Shown here: positions 9,899-20,105 of the stretch, one piece after another | Numbering within the stretch: position 1 is the stretch's first letter | Layout: each line of letters opens with the position of its first letter | Position numbers and translations under genes: made by a program | Assembly (NCBI GenBank): GCA_030550235.1 | Contig: JAUQPU010000001.1 | Coordinates: forward strand, 381,068 to 445,067 | Direction of reading: 5' to 3' | Length of the DNA stretch: 64,000 bases | Origin: Thermoproteota archaeon | Lineage (GTDB): Archaea > Thermoproteota > Nitrososphaeria_A > Caldarchaeales > Calditenuaceae | The notes under the pieces: model-generated | Database searches by the model: none | What the model was told of the DNA's origin: nothing | The model's input: the letters and a program-made list of their open reading frames with translations, nothing else

Positions 9899-10620
9899 TC
9901 AGGAGGAAGATTGTGGAGGGCTTTGAAGCTGGAATTGTTGTGCCGCAGGGCCTCCTTGCCCATGGGAGGGGCGAGGCGATAGACTATATCTTGGGCGAGA
10001 CTACACACCCCCCAGCGCTCGAGGCCACTAGAGCAGCTGCAGCACTACTCCTCCTATCCAAACATCCTGTAATATCCGTAAACGGGAACACATCCTCTCT
10101 CGTCCCTCACGAGATAATCAGGCTTTCAAAGCTGCTTAAAGCAAGAATCGAGGTCAACCTCTTCCACCGCACCCCAGAACGAGTCAAGAGGATTAAGGAG
10201 TTCCTTGAAAAGATGGGGGCGGAGGATATCCTCGGAGACTCTGACCTAGTGGAGATCCCGGGCCTCAGCAGTCAGAGGAGGTTTGTCGCGAGGGAGGGCA
10301 TCTACTCGGCTGACACCGTCCTAGTGCCACTAGAGGATGGGGATCGAGCCGAAAAGCTTGTAGCCATGAAGAAGAATGTTGTGGCAATCGACCTAAACCC
10401 ACTCTCACGGACGTCTAAGGCGGCGACAATATCTATTGTGGATAATGTGGTGAGGGCGATGCCTAACCTCTGTAGAGCCGTGGAGGAGCTGAAGGTGAAA
10501 CCAACCAGCGAGCTGGAGAGAATTTACCATTTATTCAACAACGAGGAGAATCTTAGACGGATGATAGAACTCATATTTAGGCGCCTATCCCGACTAGCCG
10601 GGTTGGAGGAGCAGATATGA
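9853..10620 (+). CDS. Phosphopantothenate synthetase (archaeal CoA pathway)
   Basis: 255 aa; IP..HPRY...GL.AHGRGEA.DY..GE...PA...AAA.LLL...PVISVNGN motifs of archaeal PPS (DUF137/COG1701 family). Confidence 0.7.
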   Translation: MEEIPQDHPRYVSLMIRRKIVEGFEAGIVVPQGLLAHGRGEAIDYILGETTHPPALEATRAAAALLLLSKHPVISVNGNTSSLVPHEIIRLSKLLKARIEVNLFHRTPERVKRIKEFLEKMGAEDILGDSDLVEIPGLSSQRRFVAREGIYSADTVLVPLEDGDRAEKLVAMKKNVVAIDLNPLSRTSKAATISIVDNVVRAMPNLCRAVEELKVKPTSELERIYHLFNNEENLRRMIELIFRRLSRLAGLEEQI

Positions 10621-11468
10621 GCGAGAAGCTAACCGCTAGGGACATTATGCGATTCAAGAAGGAGGGGAGAAAGATAGTCATGATAACCGCCTATGACTAC
10701 GCATTCGCCCAGATAGTAGACCAGGCTGGCGTAGACATCATACTCGTAGGCGACTCAGCCTCTATGGTTATGATGGGCTATAGAGATACACGCTTCGTGA
10801 CGCTCTCGGATATGATAACCTTCTGTAAGTCGGTATCCCGCGGTGTTGAGAGGGCGTTCGTTGTCGGTGACATGCCTTTTATGTCATATCAGATCTCGAG
10901 AGAGCAGGCTGTTAGGAATGCAGGGCGGATGGTCAAGGAGGGAATGGTTGATGCCGTGAAGCTTGAGGGGGGTAAGGAGTATGTTGGGACTGTTAGGACG
11001 ATTGTTGATGCAGGCATCCCAGTAATGGGGCACATTGGCTTAACCCCACAGAGCGCTGCGACGAGCACAGGGTATAGACTGACGGGGAAAGACGCTGACG
11101 ACGCAGTCAAGCTCTTTGAGGATGCCATAGCTCTAGAGGAGGCCGGTGCATTCGCTATAGTCTTGGAGTTCGTGACGGCAGAGGTCGCAGAATATATCTC
11201 CCACCACCTCAAGATACCTGTCATAGGTATAGGCTCGGGCCCAGGATGCGATGGCCAAGTCCTAGTACTCCACGACAGCCTGGGGCTCTACGGCAAGTCT
11301 CCACCATTCTCGAAGAAGTATGTCGACCTAGCCTCCATAGCGAGGGAGGCAGTCTCTAGGTATAGATCTGAGGTCTTGGAGGGGCTATTCCCCGCTGAGG
11401 AACATACAAAACATATGAAGAGGGAGGAGTTTGAAGAATTCCTCAAAAGAGTAAGGACGCTCAGATGA
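10617..11468 (+). CDS. panB: 3-methyl-2-oxobutanoate hydroxymethyltransferase (ketopantoate hydroxymethyltransferase)
   Basis: 283 aa; ITAYDY...VGDS..MV.GY..T..V....M..H...V.RG.....VV.DMPF signature of PanB; ATGA overlap with upstream gene. Confidence 0.9.
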   Translation: MSEKLTARDIMRFKKEGRKIVMITAYDYAFAQIVDQAGVDIILVGDSASMVMMGYRDTRFVTLSDMITFCKSVSRGVERAFVVGDMPFMSYQISREQAVRNAGRMVKEGMVDAVKLEGGKEYVGTVRTIVDAGIPVMGHIGLTPQSAATSTGYRLTGKDADDAVKLFEDAIALEEAGAFAIVLEFVTAEVAEYISHHLKIPVIGIGSGPGCDGQVLVLHDSLGLYGKSPPFSKKYVDLASIAREAVSRYRSEVLEGLFPAEEHTKHMKREEFEEFLKRVRTLR

Positions 11469-12406
11469 GGATACTGGTCGTTGGTGCAGGCGCTCTTGGA
11501 ATTCTATTCGCGGGGATAATTAGCCGTCATGGCGGAGATGTTGCAGTATTGACGCGGAGGAGGGAGGCGGCTGAGGCCATCAGACAGGATGGTGTCATTG
11601 TTGAGGATGGGGTTTCAGCATGGAGGGCAAGGCCTGAGTGCTCGACAGACCCGAGGATAGCATCGGACGCTGAGGCCTGCTTGATTTGCGTCAAGTCCTA
11701 CGATACAGAGTTCGTTGGGAGAATGATCTCGCCCCATGTAAGGAATGACTGCCTGTTTGTCACGGTGCAGAATGGGCTAAACAATGTGGAGAGGCTCACA
11801 GGAATCTTTGGCAGAGAGAGGGTGATCGGGGGCTACACTATGCAGGCCTCCACACTCACTGGGCTTAACAGGGTCTTCCATGCGTATGATGGTGAGACAG
11901 TGCTGGGTGGGCATCCATCCACTTCTACAGGGATTTACAGGATAAGGGCTGTGGCCGAGGAATTGTCTAGGCTGGGGCTGAAGACAACGGCTATAGAAGA
12001 CATATATCCTGAGGTCGTGACCAAGCTGATTATCAACTCCGTGATCAATCCTTTAACTGCGCTTCTGGGTGTGAGGAATGGGGAGCTTTTAGAGATTGAG
12101 GTGATTGCCGAGGTGATTGATGGGCTTGTAAGGGAAGGGGTGGAGGCCGGCTCACTCCTGGGGGTCAAGCTATCTCTGGAGGAGACCAGGAGGAGGGTAC
12201 ACGAAGCGATAGTGGCCACAGCCAATAATAAGTCCTCAATGCTCCAGGATGTTGAGAGAGGTAGGAGGACAGAGATAGAATTCATCAACGGGTCTCTGGC
12301 GCGAGTCCTTAAAGACGCAGGTAGGCCGGCGCCCCTCAATACTTTATTGACACGGCTGATTCTCGCAGTTGAGTGGAGAGGTGCAAAGCATGGAAGAGGA
12401 GGCTAG
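11465..12406 (+). CDS. panE: 2-dehydropantoate 2-reductase (ketopantoate reductase)
   Basis: 313 aa; N-terminal Rossmann (ILVVGAGALG) and ApbA/PanE C-terminal domain; ATGA overlap with panB. Confidence 0.8.
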   Translation: MRILVVGAGALGILFAGIISRHGGDVAVLTRRREAAEAIRQDGVIVEDGVSAWRARPECSTDPRIASDAEACLICVKSYDTEFVGRMISPHVRNDCLFVTVQNGLNNVERLTGIFGRERVIGGYTMQASTLTGLNRVFHAYDGETVLGGHPSTSTGIYRIRAVAEELSRLGLKTTAIEDIYPEVVTKLIINSVINPLTALLGVRNGELLEIEVIAEVIDGLVREGVEAGSLLGVKLSLEETRRRVHEAIVATANNKSSMLQDVERGRRTEIEFINGSLARVLKDAGRPAPLNTLLTRLILAVEWRGAKHGRGG

Positions 12407-13382
12407 AGATAGAAGTCTAGTGGAGCTGGGGGAGGATTGGATTCTATCCAAGATTCTGAAATCCCTTAAGCCAATCAGCGAAGGGCGGCTCCAAGTCGGG
12501 GACGATGCTGTTGAGATACCGTCCAGCGGCCTGCTAGTTGTCTCGGGTGATATGTTCTTCGCTTCGACCGATGCTCCTCCTGGAATGAAGCCGCGCCAGA
12601 TGGGCTCCAAGGCGATTGTTAGCGTTGTAAGCGACTTTGCCGCAAAGGCCGCACAGCCACTCTACTTCATCGTGGAGCTGGGTCTTCCAGGGAAGATGAG
12701 GGGGGATGAGTTCCTTGAGCTTTGGTCAGGGATACTCGAGGCTGGACGAGACTACGGCGGTGAGGTGGTTGCGGGCGACACAAATCAGGCTCTTGAGATC
12801 TCGATAGGCGTGGTTGGGATAGGAGTCTCAGAGAAACCCATCCCCCGAGGTGGAGCGCGACCAGGCGACATACTCGCGGTTACGGGGATGTTTGGCAAGA
12901 CATACACAGGCCTACACGCAGCCTTCCACTCAAATCTCGAGGAGAGATGGAGGCCACTCTTAGACGCGATTTATAACCCGAGGCCCAGGATTAGGGAGGG
13001 CCTGGCGATAGGCAGGGCTAGGCTCGCCACAGCCTCGATAGACTCAAGCGATGGCTTGGAGGCCTGTCTCTTCGAGCTCTCAAGATGGAGCGGGGTTGGC
13101 TTCGAGGTAACAGACCCTCCAATAGATCCGCTAGCCCGAGAGTATGTATCCGCCTACAACCTCGATGTAGTTGAGGCTGTTTTTCGCGGTGGGGAAGAAT
13201 ATGAGCTAGTATTGACTATCCCGCGGGAGTCTTTCGACGAGGCTGCTTCCATCTTGAAGGGTCTGGGCTCTAGGCTCATACCAATAGGCGAGGCAAAACC
13301 TGATAGGTCCATCGTCGCATGGATTGACGGCAAAACCTATCATCTAAGCGGGAGGGGGTGGCGGCACTTCAGCCATCCCTGA
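12369..13382 (+). CDS. thiL: Thiamine-monophosphate kinase (AIR synthase-related/PurM-like); possible later start at 12390
   Basis: 337 aa; LGEDW...GDDAA.......LLV..D..V...HF motif and PurM-like fold signature. Confidence 0.7.
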   Translation: MSGEVQSMEEEARDRSLVELGEDWILSKILKSLKPISEGRLQVGDDAVEIPSSGLLVVSGDMFFASTDAPPGMKPRQMGSKAIVSVVSDFAAKAAQPLYFIVELGLPGKMRGDEFLELWSGILEAGRDYGGEVVAGDTNQALEISIGVVGIGVSEKPIPRGGARPGDILAVTGMFGKTYTGLHAAFHSNLEERWRPLLDAIYNPRPRIREGLAIGRARLATASIDSSDGLEACLFELSRWSGVGFEVTDPPIDPLAREYVSAYNLDVVEAVFRGGEEYELVLTIPRESFDEAASILKGLGSRLIPIGEAKPDRSIVAWIDGKTYHLSGRGWRHFSHP

Positions 13383-13438
13383 GCCTGAACCTCTACTGAG
13401 ACACAACTAAGATATATGAACACCATCAGACAGCATCT

Positions 13439-16345
13439 ATGAGGATGCCTGCCCGGTCAGCCATCCCGTACGAGGAGAAATGGGCTAAGAAGTTACTGGA
13501 GGAAAGTATCTTCGAGTCAGACCCAGACCCCAGACGCCAAAAAGTCTTCGTCACGTTCCCTTACTCCTATCAGAATGGGCCGCTGCATGTCGGCCACGGA
13601 TTCACGGCGACACGCGTCGACATGTATGCCCGGTATATGAGGATGAAGGGCTACAATGTTCTATTCCCATGGGCCTGGCATTGGACCGGGGAGGCAGTCG
13701 CGGGGACGGCTGAGAGGCTTAGGCGTGGAGACACTACTGTCCTGAAGATGCTCAAAGAGATCGACAAGGTCCCTGAGGAGCTCCTTCCAAACTTCACAGA
13801 CCCCGCTTTCATCAGTAGATACTACACTAATGATAATAGGGAGGTTGTCAAGCTGATGGGTTTCTCTATAGACTGGAGGAGGGAGTTCCACACATCAGAC
13901 CTACACCCCTACTATAGCCGTTTCATAGAGTGGCAGTATAGGACGCTTTATGAGCTTGGAAGGTTGAGGAAGGGCTCCCACCCTGTTGTCTGGTGCCCTC
14001 GATGCGAGAGCCCCACAGGAGACCACGACAGGCTTGTGGGGGAGGGCGTCTCGCCTGTCGAGTTCACACTTGTGTTCTTTAAGCTTGAATACGGAGAAGC
14101 TTATCTCGCTGCATCCACACTGAGGCCGGAGACGATCTATGGGGCGACTAACGTCTGGGTTAGACCAGACGCAAGCTACGTGGAGATAGAGCTCGATGGT
14201 GTGAGGATTATTGTAAGCCGTGAAGCGTTCACCAAGCTCAGGGAGCAGCACAAGAACCTGGTTGATACAGGCAAGACCGTGGATGGGGGAAGCCTGATCG
14301 GGAGATACTGTACAACTCCCATAACGGGTAGGAGGCTGATAATTCTTCCCGCGGAGTTTGTCGACCCAAATCTAGGCACTGGCGTCGTTTACAGCGTGCC
14401 GAGCCACGCGCCTTATGACTACGCCGGACTGAAGGAGTTGAAGTTAAGGCCTGAAGTTCTGAAGCAGTACAACATAGACCAGGCTGTCTTGGAGATGCTT
14501 GCGCCAGTTAACATAATCTCGACACCTGGCATGCCACCCCACCCAGCCATAGAAGTGGTCGAGAGAGCGGGAATAACGGTCTCGACAGACCCCAGACTAG
14601 AGGACCTAACACAAGAAATATACTCCAGAGAATTCTACGAAGGGGTACTCAACGAGCTCTGTGGCGAATATAGCGGTAAGACTGTCAAGGAGGCTCGTGA
14701 CCTAGTCAAGGCGCGGCTCCTCAAGGAAAGACTGGGCTCCATCATGTATGACCTCCCCCAGCCCGTGATCTGTAGGAGTGGAGACCGCTGTCTGGTCAAG
14801 ATAGTGGAGGACCAGTGGTTCGTTACATATGGCGATGAGGATTGGAAGCAGCTAGTGAGGATGCACATCACAGAGAACATGAGGATCTATCCTGAGGGTG
14901 CTAGGCAGTGGTTTCTGAACGTTGTCGACTGGCTTAGGGACTGGCCCTGCACGCGTAAGACAGGCCTCGGAACAAGGTTCCCATTCGATAGAAGCTGGAT
15001 CGTAGAGACACTGAGCGACTCTACAATATACCAAGCACTATACACTGTCAGCAAGTATCTGAATAACGGCCTTGTTAGGCCTGAGCAGCTTAGGCATGAG
15101 GTCTTCGAGTATATTTTCAGGGGGCAGGGGGAGAGGGACGAGGTCTCGAGACAGACGGGGATACACCCTGAGCTCCTCGACGCCATGAAGATGGAGTTTG
15201 AATACTGGTATCCTGTTGACCTCAGGGTCTCCGCTAAGGAGCTCCTCCCAAACCACCTCACATTCTACATCTTCCAGCATGTAGCCATTTTTCCGCCTGA
15301 CAAGTGGCCCAGAACTGTCGGCATAAACGGGATGGTCAGAATCGAGGGCCAGGAGATGCATAAGAGTAGGGGCGTATTCGTATCTTTGAAGGAGGCTATA
15401 GCTCGCGTCGGGGCAGACGCCACTAGACTCGCCATTATACTCTCCGCCGAAGACATGGATGACCCCGACTGGAAATGGAAGAATGCAGAGGATGTAAGGA
15501 GGTTCTTGGACAGCTTTCTAAAGATCGTCGAGGAATACGTAGCCTCAAGCATCGATGCTGAGTGGAAGGAGGCTGATGTATGGGCTATCTCAAGGCTTAG
15601 ACAAGTCGTGGAGGAGGTTGAGCAGAGCTTGAACATCTTGAAGACCCGTACAGCTGCATCCAAGATTCTCTACGAGATGCATAACCTTTGGAGGAAGTAT
15701 CTGAGGAGGAGGGCAGATAGCTTGGGACCGGCTGCTAAAACCCTAGTAGAGGCCTGGATCAAGATGCTATCTATAGTAGCACCATTCACAGCAGAGGAGG
15801 CTTGGAGCCGTCTCGGGAATGAAGGCTACGTCGCAGAGTCCAGATGGCCTGTCATAGAGAGGCCCATTAACAATGAGGTCCTACTCAGAGACGAGGTCCT
15901 AGACAGCGTCATAGAAGACATAAGGAGCATAACACAGTCGACAAAGAAGAAACCGTCAAAAATCTACATATACGTCTCCAGAAAATCAATGATCCCCATC
16001 ATTAAAAGAATAGCTGAGAAATGGGATGTAATCGCCCAGAGAGGATACAACAGCATAATAGGTGAAATGGTAAAGATTGAGGACATAGAGAAGAGCAAGC
16101 TACCCATAATTGCTAAGAGATTATTTGAGATGATGCATGGCTATATTCAGCGATACAGCGCTGAGACCATCATGAGTGTTGTGGAACGAGAGTTTGACCT
16201 ATACCTTGCAAATCGCGAATATCTCGAAAGCGAGTGTGGTGGAAGCATACAGGTTCTTAGGTCTGAGGAGGTGGAGTATGACCCGATGGGGAAGGTGACG
16301 ACTGCCGTTCCTCTGCGCCCCGGGATATACTCGGAGCTCGTCTAA
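13439..16345 (+). CDS. leuS: Leucyl-tRNA synthetase (archaeal type)
   Basis: 968 aa; class-I HVGH (HIGH) motif near N-terminus, KMSKS-like KSRG motif, CP1 editing domain. Confidence 0.95.
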   Translation: MRMPARSAIPYEEKWAKKLLEESIFESDPDPRRQKVFVTFPYSYQNGPLHVGHGFTATRVDMYARYMRMKGYNVLFPWAWHWTGEAVAGTAERLRRGDTTVLKMLKEIDKVPEELLPNFTDPAFISRYYTNDNREVVKLMGFSIDWRREFHTSDLHPYYSRFIEWQYRTLYELGRLRKGSHPVVWCPRCESPTGDHDRLVGEGVSPVEFTLVFFKLEYGEAYLAASTLRPETIYGATNVWVRPDASYVEIELDGVRIIVSREAFTKLREQHKNLVDTGKTVDGGSLIGRYCTTPITGRRLIILPAEFVDPNLGTGVVYSVPSHAPYDYAGLKELKLRPEVLKQYNIDQAVLEMLAPVNIISTPGMPPHPAIEVVERAGITVSTDPRLEDLTQEIYSREFYEGVLNELCGEYSGKTVKEARDLVKARLLKERLGSIMYDLPQPVICRSGDRCLVKIVEDQWFVTYGDEDWKQLVRMHITENMRIYPEGARQWFLNVVDWLRDWPCTRKTGLGTRFPFDRSWIVETLSDSTIYQALYTVSKYLNNGLVRPEQLRHEVFEYIFRGQGERDEVSRQTGIHPELLDAMKMEFEYWYPVDLRVSAKELLPNHLTFYIFQHVAIFPPDKWPRTVGINGMVRIEGQEMHKSRGVFVSLKEAIARVGADATRLAIILSAEDMDDPDWKWKNAEDVRRFLDSFLKIVEEYVASSIDAEWKEADVWAISRLRQVVEEVEQSLNILKTRTAASKILYEMHNLWRKYLRRRADSLGPAAKTLVEAWIKMLSIVAPFTAEEAWSRLGNEGYVAESRWPVIERPINNEVLLRDEVLDSVIEDIRSITQSTKKKPSKIYIYVSRKSMIPIIKRIAEKWDVIAQRGYNSIIGEMVKIEDIEKSKLPIIAKRLFEMMHGYIQRYSAETIMSVVEREFDLYLANREYLESECGGSIQVLRSEEVEYDPMGKVTTAVPLRPGIYSELV

Positions 16346-16362
16346 ACGCGCGTCGCCTATGG

Positions 16363-16377
16363 AAAATTATAAATTTA
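16363..16377 (+). promoter_or_regulatory. Putative TATA box (aaaattataaattta) for the ArsB/NhaD-family transporter gene
   Basis: AT-rich box about 25-30 nt upstream of the GTG start at 16397, consistent with a leaderless archaeal transcript. Confidence 0.35.
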
Positions 16378-16396
16378 GAGATGTAGTATTCCCCCT

Positions 16397-17785
16397 GTGA
16401 TCCGTGGCAAAATACTCGCATGGGCCTTAGGCCTGTTGCTCATTTACACTTTATTTAGCCTTACAGGCCTATTCTCTGGCAATCAGGTCATATCTTTAGC
16501 GGTATTCTTCGGCATTATTCTAAGCATTCTCTTCTTCTGGAGATTGAGAGTGGCATTTGCATTTATCGGGATTTTTGTATTATTCATTACTGGGCTCATA
16601 GATATCCCCCACTTGGTCGAGTTTGCGGGACTCGACATTGTGGTATTCCTGATCGGCATGATGATTGTAGTCGGATTTCTGGAGGAGAGGCATTTCTTCG
16701 AATACATTCTCAACAGATTAATGAAGGTTGCGCGGACGCCTATGGGCGTGATGGTTATGTTGATGGGTATGTCAGCGCTTTCAGCCGCTCTTGTAGATGA
16801 AGTAACATCAATTTTATTTATGACGGCTTTGGTCTTGCGACTTGCAAGCCGGCTGGCGATTCCATTCCAGCCGTTGTTGATATCTGTAGTATTCGCCACC
16901 AATATTGGGAGTAGCGCCACAGTGGTAGGTAACCCTGTCGGAGTAATGATAGCACTTAGGGCTGGATTAAGCTTTGCAGAATTTCTCAGATGGGCCACGC
17001 CAATCTCGATAACCACTCTCATAGTAACAATGTTTATCTGCTATGTTTACTATAGGAAATACTTACGAGTTATGGGTGAGAGGCTCAGTGTATACCAGCT
17101 TGCCTCGGCGGGTCTACAGCCGGATAATGGGGTGGTAGATAAACTGGATAAGAAGGCGCTACTCCTCTTCGCATCCACGATCTCTCTACTTGTCCTGCAC
17201 ACCCGGATAGAAAATGCCTTGTCGCTAGAGAAGAATACAGTTCTAGTTGCCGCACCCCTATTAGGGGCAGCTATCGCGCTCTTTCTCCAGAAAGAACATG
17301 CAAGGGAGCTTTTCGAGAAACGAGTTGACTGGTGGACCCTGACTTTCTTCTTAATGTTCTTCGCCACGGTAGGCACTCTGAAGTATGTTGGTGTCACTGG
17401 CATATTTGCATCAGTATTCACCTCAGCTGCTGGTGGGGACTTAAAGCTGGCCATACCACTTTTAGGATACATCTCTGGCTTTATGTCAGCGTTTATGGAT
17501 AACATCTTGGCTGTGGCTGTCTGGATTCCGATAATTCAAGAGCTAGGGGAAGCTGGCCTGTATACTTATCCCCTCTGGTGGACTCTACTTTTTGCAGGCA
17601 CGTTGATGGGAAATCTTACACTAATTGGCAGCACAGCAAACATAGTGGCTATAGGCATGATTGAGAGGCGGAAGATTGGACACATATCTCTTAGGGATTG
17701 GATTAAGATCGGCGCACTGGTGAGTATACCAACCTTCTCACTTGCGCTCCTTTTACTCTATCTCCAGCTTCCATTGATGGCCTAG
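16397..17785 (+). CDS. ArsB/NhaD-superfamily ion transporter (arsenite/citrate/Na+:H+ antiporter-like permease)
   Basis: 462 aa, about 12 TM; duplicated halves with GS.AN..A motifs typical of the ArsB/NhaD permease family; GTG start. Confidence 0.7.
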   Translation: MIRGKILAWALGLLLIYTLFSLTGLFSGNQVISLAVFFGIILSILFFWRLRVAFAFIGIFVLFITGLIDIPHLVEFAGLDIVVFLIGMMIVVGFLEERHFFEYILNRLMKVARTPMGVMVMLMGMSALSAALVDEVTSILFMTALVLRLASRLAIPFQPLLISVVFATNIGSSATVVGNPVGVMIALRAGLSFAEFLRWATPISITTLIVTMFICYVYYRKYLRVMGERLSVYQLASAGLQPDNGVVDKLDKKALLLFASTISLLVLHTRIENALSLEKNTVLVAAPLLGAAIALFLQKEHARELFEKRVDWWTLTFFLMFFATVGTLKYVGVTGIFASVFTSAAGGDLKLAIPLLGYISGFMSAFMDNILAVAVWIPIIQELGEAGLYTYPLWWTLLFAGTLMGNLTLIGSTANIVAIGMIERRKIGHISLRDWIKIGALVSIPTFSLALLLLYLQLPLMA

Positions 17786-18027
17786 TCTGCGATGGGCTTA
17801 GAAACTATGTACATGTCTTTCCCCCGCCGCTCAACCCATATCTCGTGGTTTATGCTTAGTAGAAGAGAGCATATCTTGCTCCATGGTAGCTTGTCCCCCT
17901 CTAAAATCTTAATCGCATACCCTCCATACTCTTCTGTTACTTCTCCCCAGCCATCCACAATCTCCACCAACTCATCCAAAATATCAGCAGCCTCCCCCAG
18001 CGCTATTTCACCCGTGATATTTATCAC
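17782..18027 (-). CDS. Small acidic hypothetical protein, last gene of the Rieske/cytochrome b operon
   Basis: 81 aa ORF directly downstream of cytochrome b on the same strand with a 45-nt gap; no recognisable family. Confidence 0.4.
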   Translation of the reverse strand: MINITGEIALGEAADILDELVEIVDGWGEVTEEYGGYAIKILEGDKLPWSKICSLLLSINHEIWVERRGKDMYIVSKPIAD

Positions 18028-18072
18028 GGGACTGCCTGCAATAAAAACTTTAAACTCTAAAGAACATATAAA

Positions 18073-19446
18073 TCACTGCGCTATTGTCTCGGCCCTTTGC
18101 TCCCTTTGGGCCCTTAGCCTCTCCCCAGTATATAGCGCGTGACGGTAGACGTGGAGTAGTAGTCCGAACAGGAAAAAGGAGATTCCCAAGTAAAACATAG
18201 AGTGGTTAGGGAGGTTTACTGAGTAGGTGTAGAAGGTTGCCGCCGCTGCGAGAGCTATTAGGACTAGAAGTACCAGTATGATGTTGGCTGATGCCCTAGG
18301 CGAGAGTATGACAGGCTTGGTTGGTGTAGGCCGTGTTGGCCTACGCATTCTTGACATGTAGAGGTATGTAGCATAGAAGCTGGCCAGAGTCACGAGGCCT
18401 ATCGTACCGTAAAAGACCGTGGGCTCTATATAGAGCTGGTCAAAGGCCGTCTCCTTTGTGAAGTCAACGTAGAATCCCCAGACCGTGGTTATGGCTATAA
18501 GCGCGATGCTAGCTATGCCGAGTCCTGTGAAGAATGGCCTGTCTCTCCATGATAGTTTCCTTGACTTGTCGACGAAGGGCACTATCAGGAAAAGTATCAC
18601 GAAGAGCAATGGAAGTAAAGCTCCCGCCGTGAACCTCTCAGTACCTGATCTCAGGAAGGCGTAGATGGCTGTAAGATACCATTCAGGAACCTCCACGATT
18701 CCTCTTGTCAGGTCAAATTTTATACCGAGCTCGGCAGGGAAGAGACCCGCTGAGATGAATATCACACCCACCACCGCAGAGATGATAGGGAAGTCTATGA
18801 CAAGAGCTCGCGGGAAATGGACTGCAGCCAGGAGGAGCATGATCAGTGGGAGTATAAACACGTGGAGGGCGTAGAACCTGATTACAAGGTCGAAGAGGCC
18901 TCCGCCCAGTAGAATGGGGGCTACCGATGGGCCTAGGAGGGGGGCAGAATACGTGAGCCCCATTCCGATGTTCACCGCTAAGAGGGCCCTCTGATTCATT
19001 ATCAGGTTATAGCCAGTATAAGCCTCCAGGACTGTTAAGACGCCTAGAACTATACCAGTGACCCAGAGAACCTCGTTTTTTATCTTATAGCGTCCCGAGA
19101 AATACTGGTAATAAAGGTGTAGGATTGCCAAGAAGACCATAAAATTCGAGGCGTGATAGTGTATATTTCTCATTATGAAGCCGAAGGGGACTTTTTCCTG
19201 GATCTCTTGGACGCTTAGGTATGCGAGCTCGACGTCTGGCCTGTAGTAGAACATTAGGAAGGCTCCTGAGACTCCTAGGATTGCGAAGACAATCGCCGTC
19301 AATGTTCCAAGGAAACCGAACGGGCTCACATACTGCTTCGGCACGGTGAACTTGTACACCACTATGGTTGTTCTCTCAAGCCTATCAACGGTCCACTTCC
19401 ATAGATTACTTATGAGTTCCCGCATAGTTTTAGAGCCGTACGACAT
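18073..19446 (-). CDS. Cytochrome b subunit of a bc-type quinol-oxidising complex (SoxN/cytochrome b6-like)
   Basis: 457 aa polytopic; R.IH...AS..F........H......Y and W..G......AF.GY.L heme-ligand motifs of cytochrome b. Confidence 0.85.
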   Translation of the reverse strand: MSYGSKTMRELISNLWKWTVDRLERTTIVVYKFTVPKQYVSPFGFLGTLTAIVFAILGVSGAFLMFYYRPDVELAYLSVQEIQEKVPFGFIMRNIHYHASNFMVFLAILHLYYQYFSGRYKIKNEVLWVTGIVLGVLTVLEAYTGYNLIMNQRALLAVNIGMGLTYSAPLLGPSVAPILLGGGLFDLVIRFYALHVFILPLIMLLLAAVHFPRALVIDFPIISAVVGVIFISAGLFPAELGIKFDLTRGIVEVPEWYLTAIYAFLRSGTERFTAGALLPLLFVILFLIVPFVDKSRKLSWRDRPFFTGLGIASIALIAITTVWGFYVDFTKETAFDQLYIEPTVFYGTIGLVTLASFYATYLYMSRMRRPTRPTPTKPVILSPRASANIILVLLVLIALAAAATFYTYSVNLPNHSMFYLGISFFLFGLLLHVYRHALYTGERLRAQREQRAETIAQ

Positions 19447-19452
19447 GCCGTC

Positions 19453-19992
19453 TTACACCTTCTTGACTAGGTCCTCTGGCTTGAGAGCATGCCACTCTCT
19501 TCCATAGCCTATCCTACCCTCAATCCCTACCATCCAGATGTCACCATTCTCGTCTACCTCTATTCTCCCCATAGGCAGGGCGTTTGTGGGATATGACTGA
19601 TAGGCGGCGGGGCCGTCCACCGCCACACCATCCTCCTCTCTATAGATCGAGCCGTGACATGGGCAGATCATCTGACCCCTCGTGGGGATATAGGCTGGAA
19701 GACACCAGAGGTGGACACACACCCTACTATAGACTCTTAGCTGACCATCACGCGTCATTATTAGTACATACTGCCTGAACGGGTCATTGTCAACTTTAGA
19801 GTCTCCAGTCGCGGGGTATGAGAAATAGATGTAGCTTCCAGGTGATAGCTCCTTCAAATTGGCTATCTTCTGTCTTCTCACGCTTGTCTCCTCCTTCCGA
19901 TAAAAATAGCCAATCAGGTTGATGAAGGGGGATAACACGGCCACGGCAGCCGCTGTTAAAAAGCCTTGTAAAATCCTTCTCCGTGCCGTCAA
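19453..19992 (-). CDS. Rieske [2Fe-2S] iron-sulfur protein
   Basis: 179 aa; N-terminal TM anchor; CVHLWC (box I) and CPCHGS (box II) Rieske cluster-binding motifs. Confidence 0.85.
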   Translation of the reverse strand: MTARRRILQGFLTAAAVAVLSPFINLIGYFYRKEETSVRRQKIANLKELSPGSYIYFSYPATGDSKVDNDPFRQYVLIMTRDGQLRVYSRVCVHLWCLPAYIPTRGQMICPCHGSIYREEDGVAVDGPAAYQSYPTNALPMGRIEVDENGDIWMVGIEGRIGYGREWHALKPEDLVKKV

Positions 19993-20105
19993 GCCGACTC
20001 TCTCTTCAATAGGCAGGTGCTTGTTCTTAAAGCTAATTGTGGGTCACGAGTTTTTGCCTCACGCTGCATGTTTAAATCTCGATATAGCGTTGAGGTAAAA
20101 GAAGA

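Noticed and set aside
17792-18142. 116-aa plus-strand ORF overlapping the small minus-strand ORF and the cytochrome b 3' end
   Set aside because: Ser/Pro-rich low-complexity translation, overlaps two better-supported minus-strand genes.
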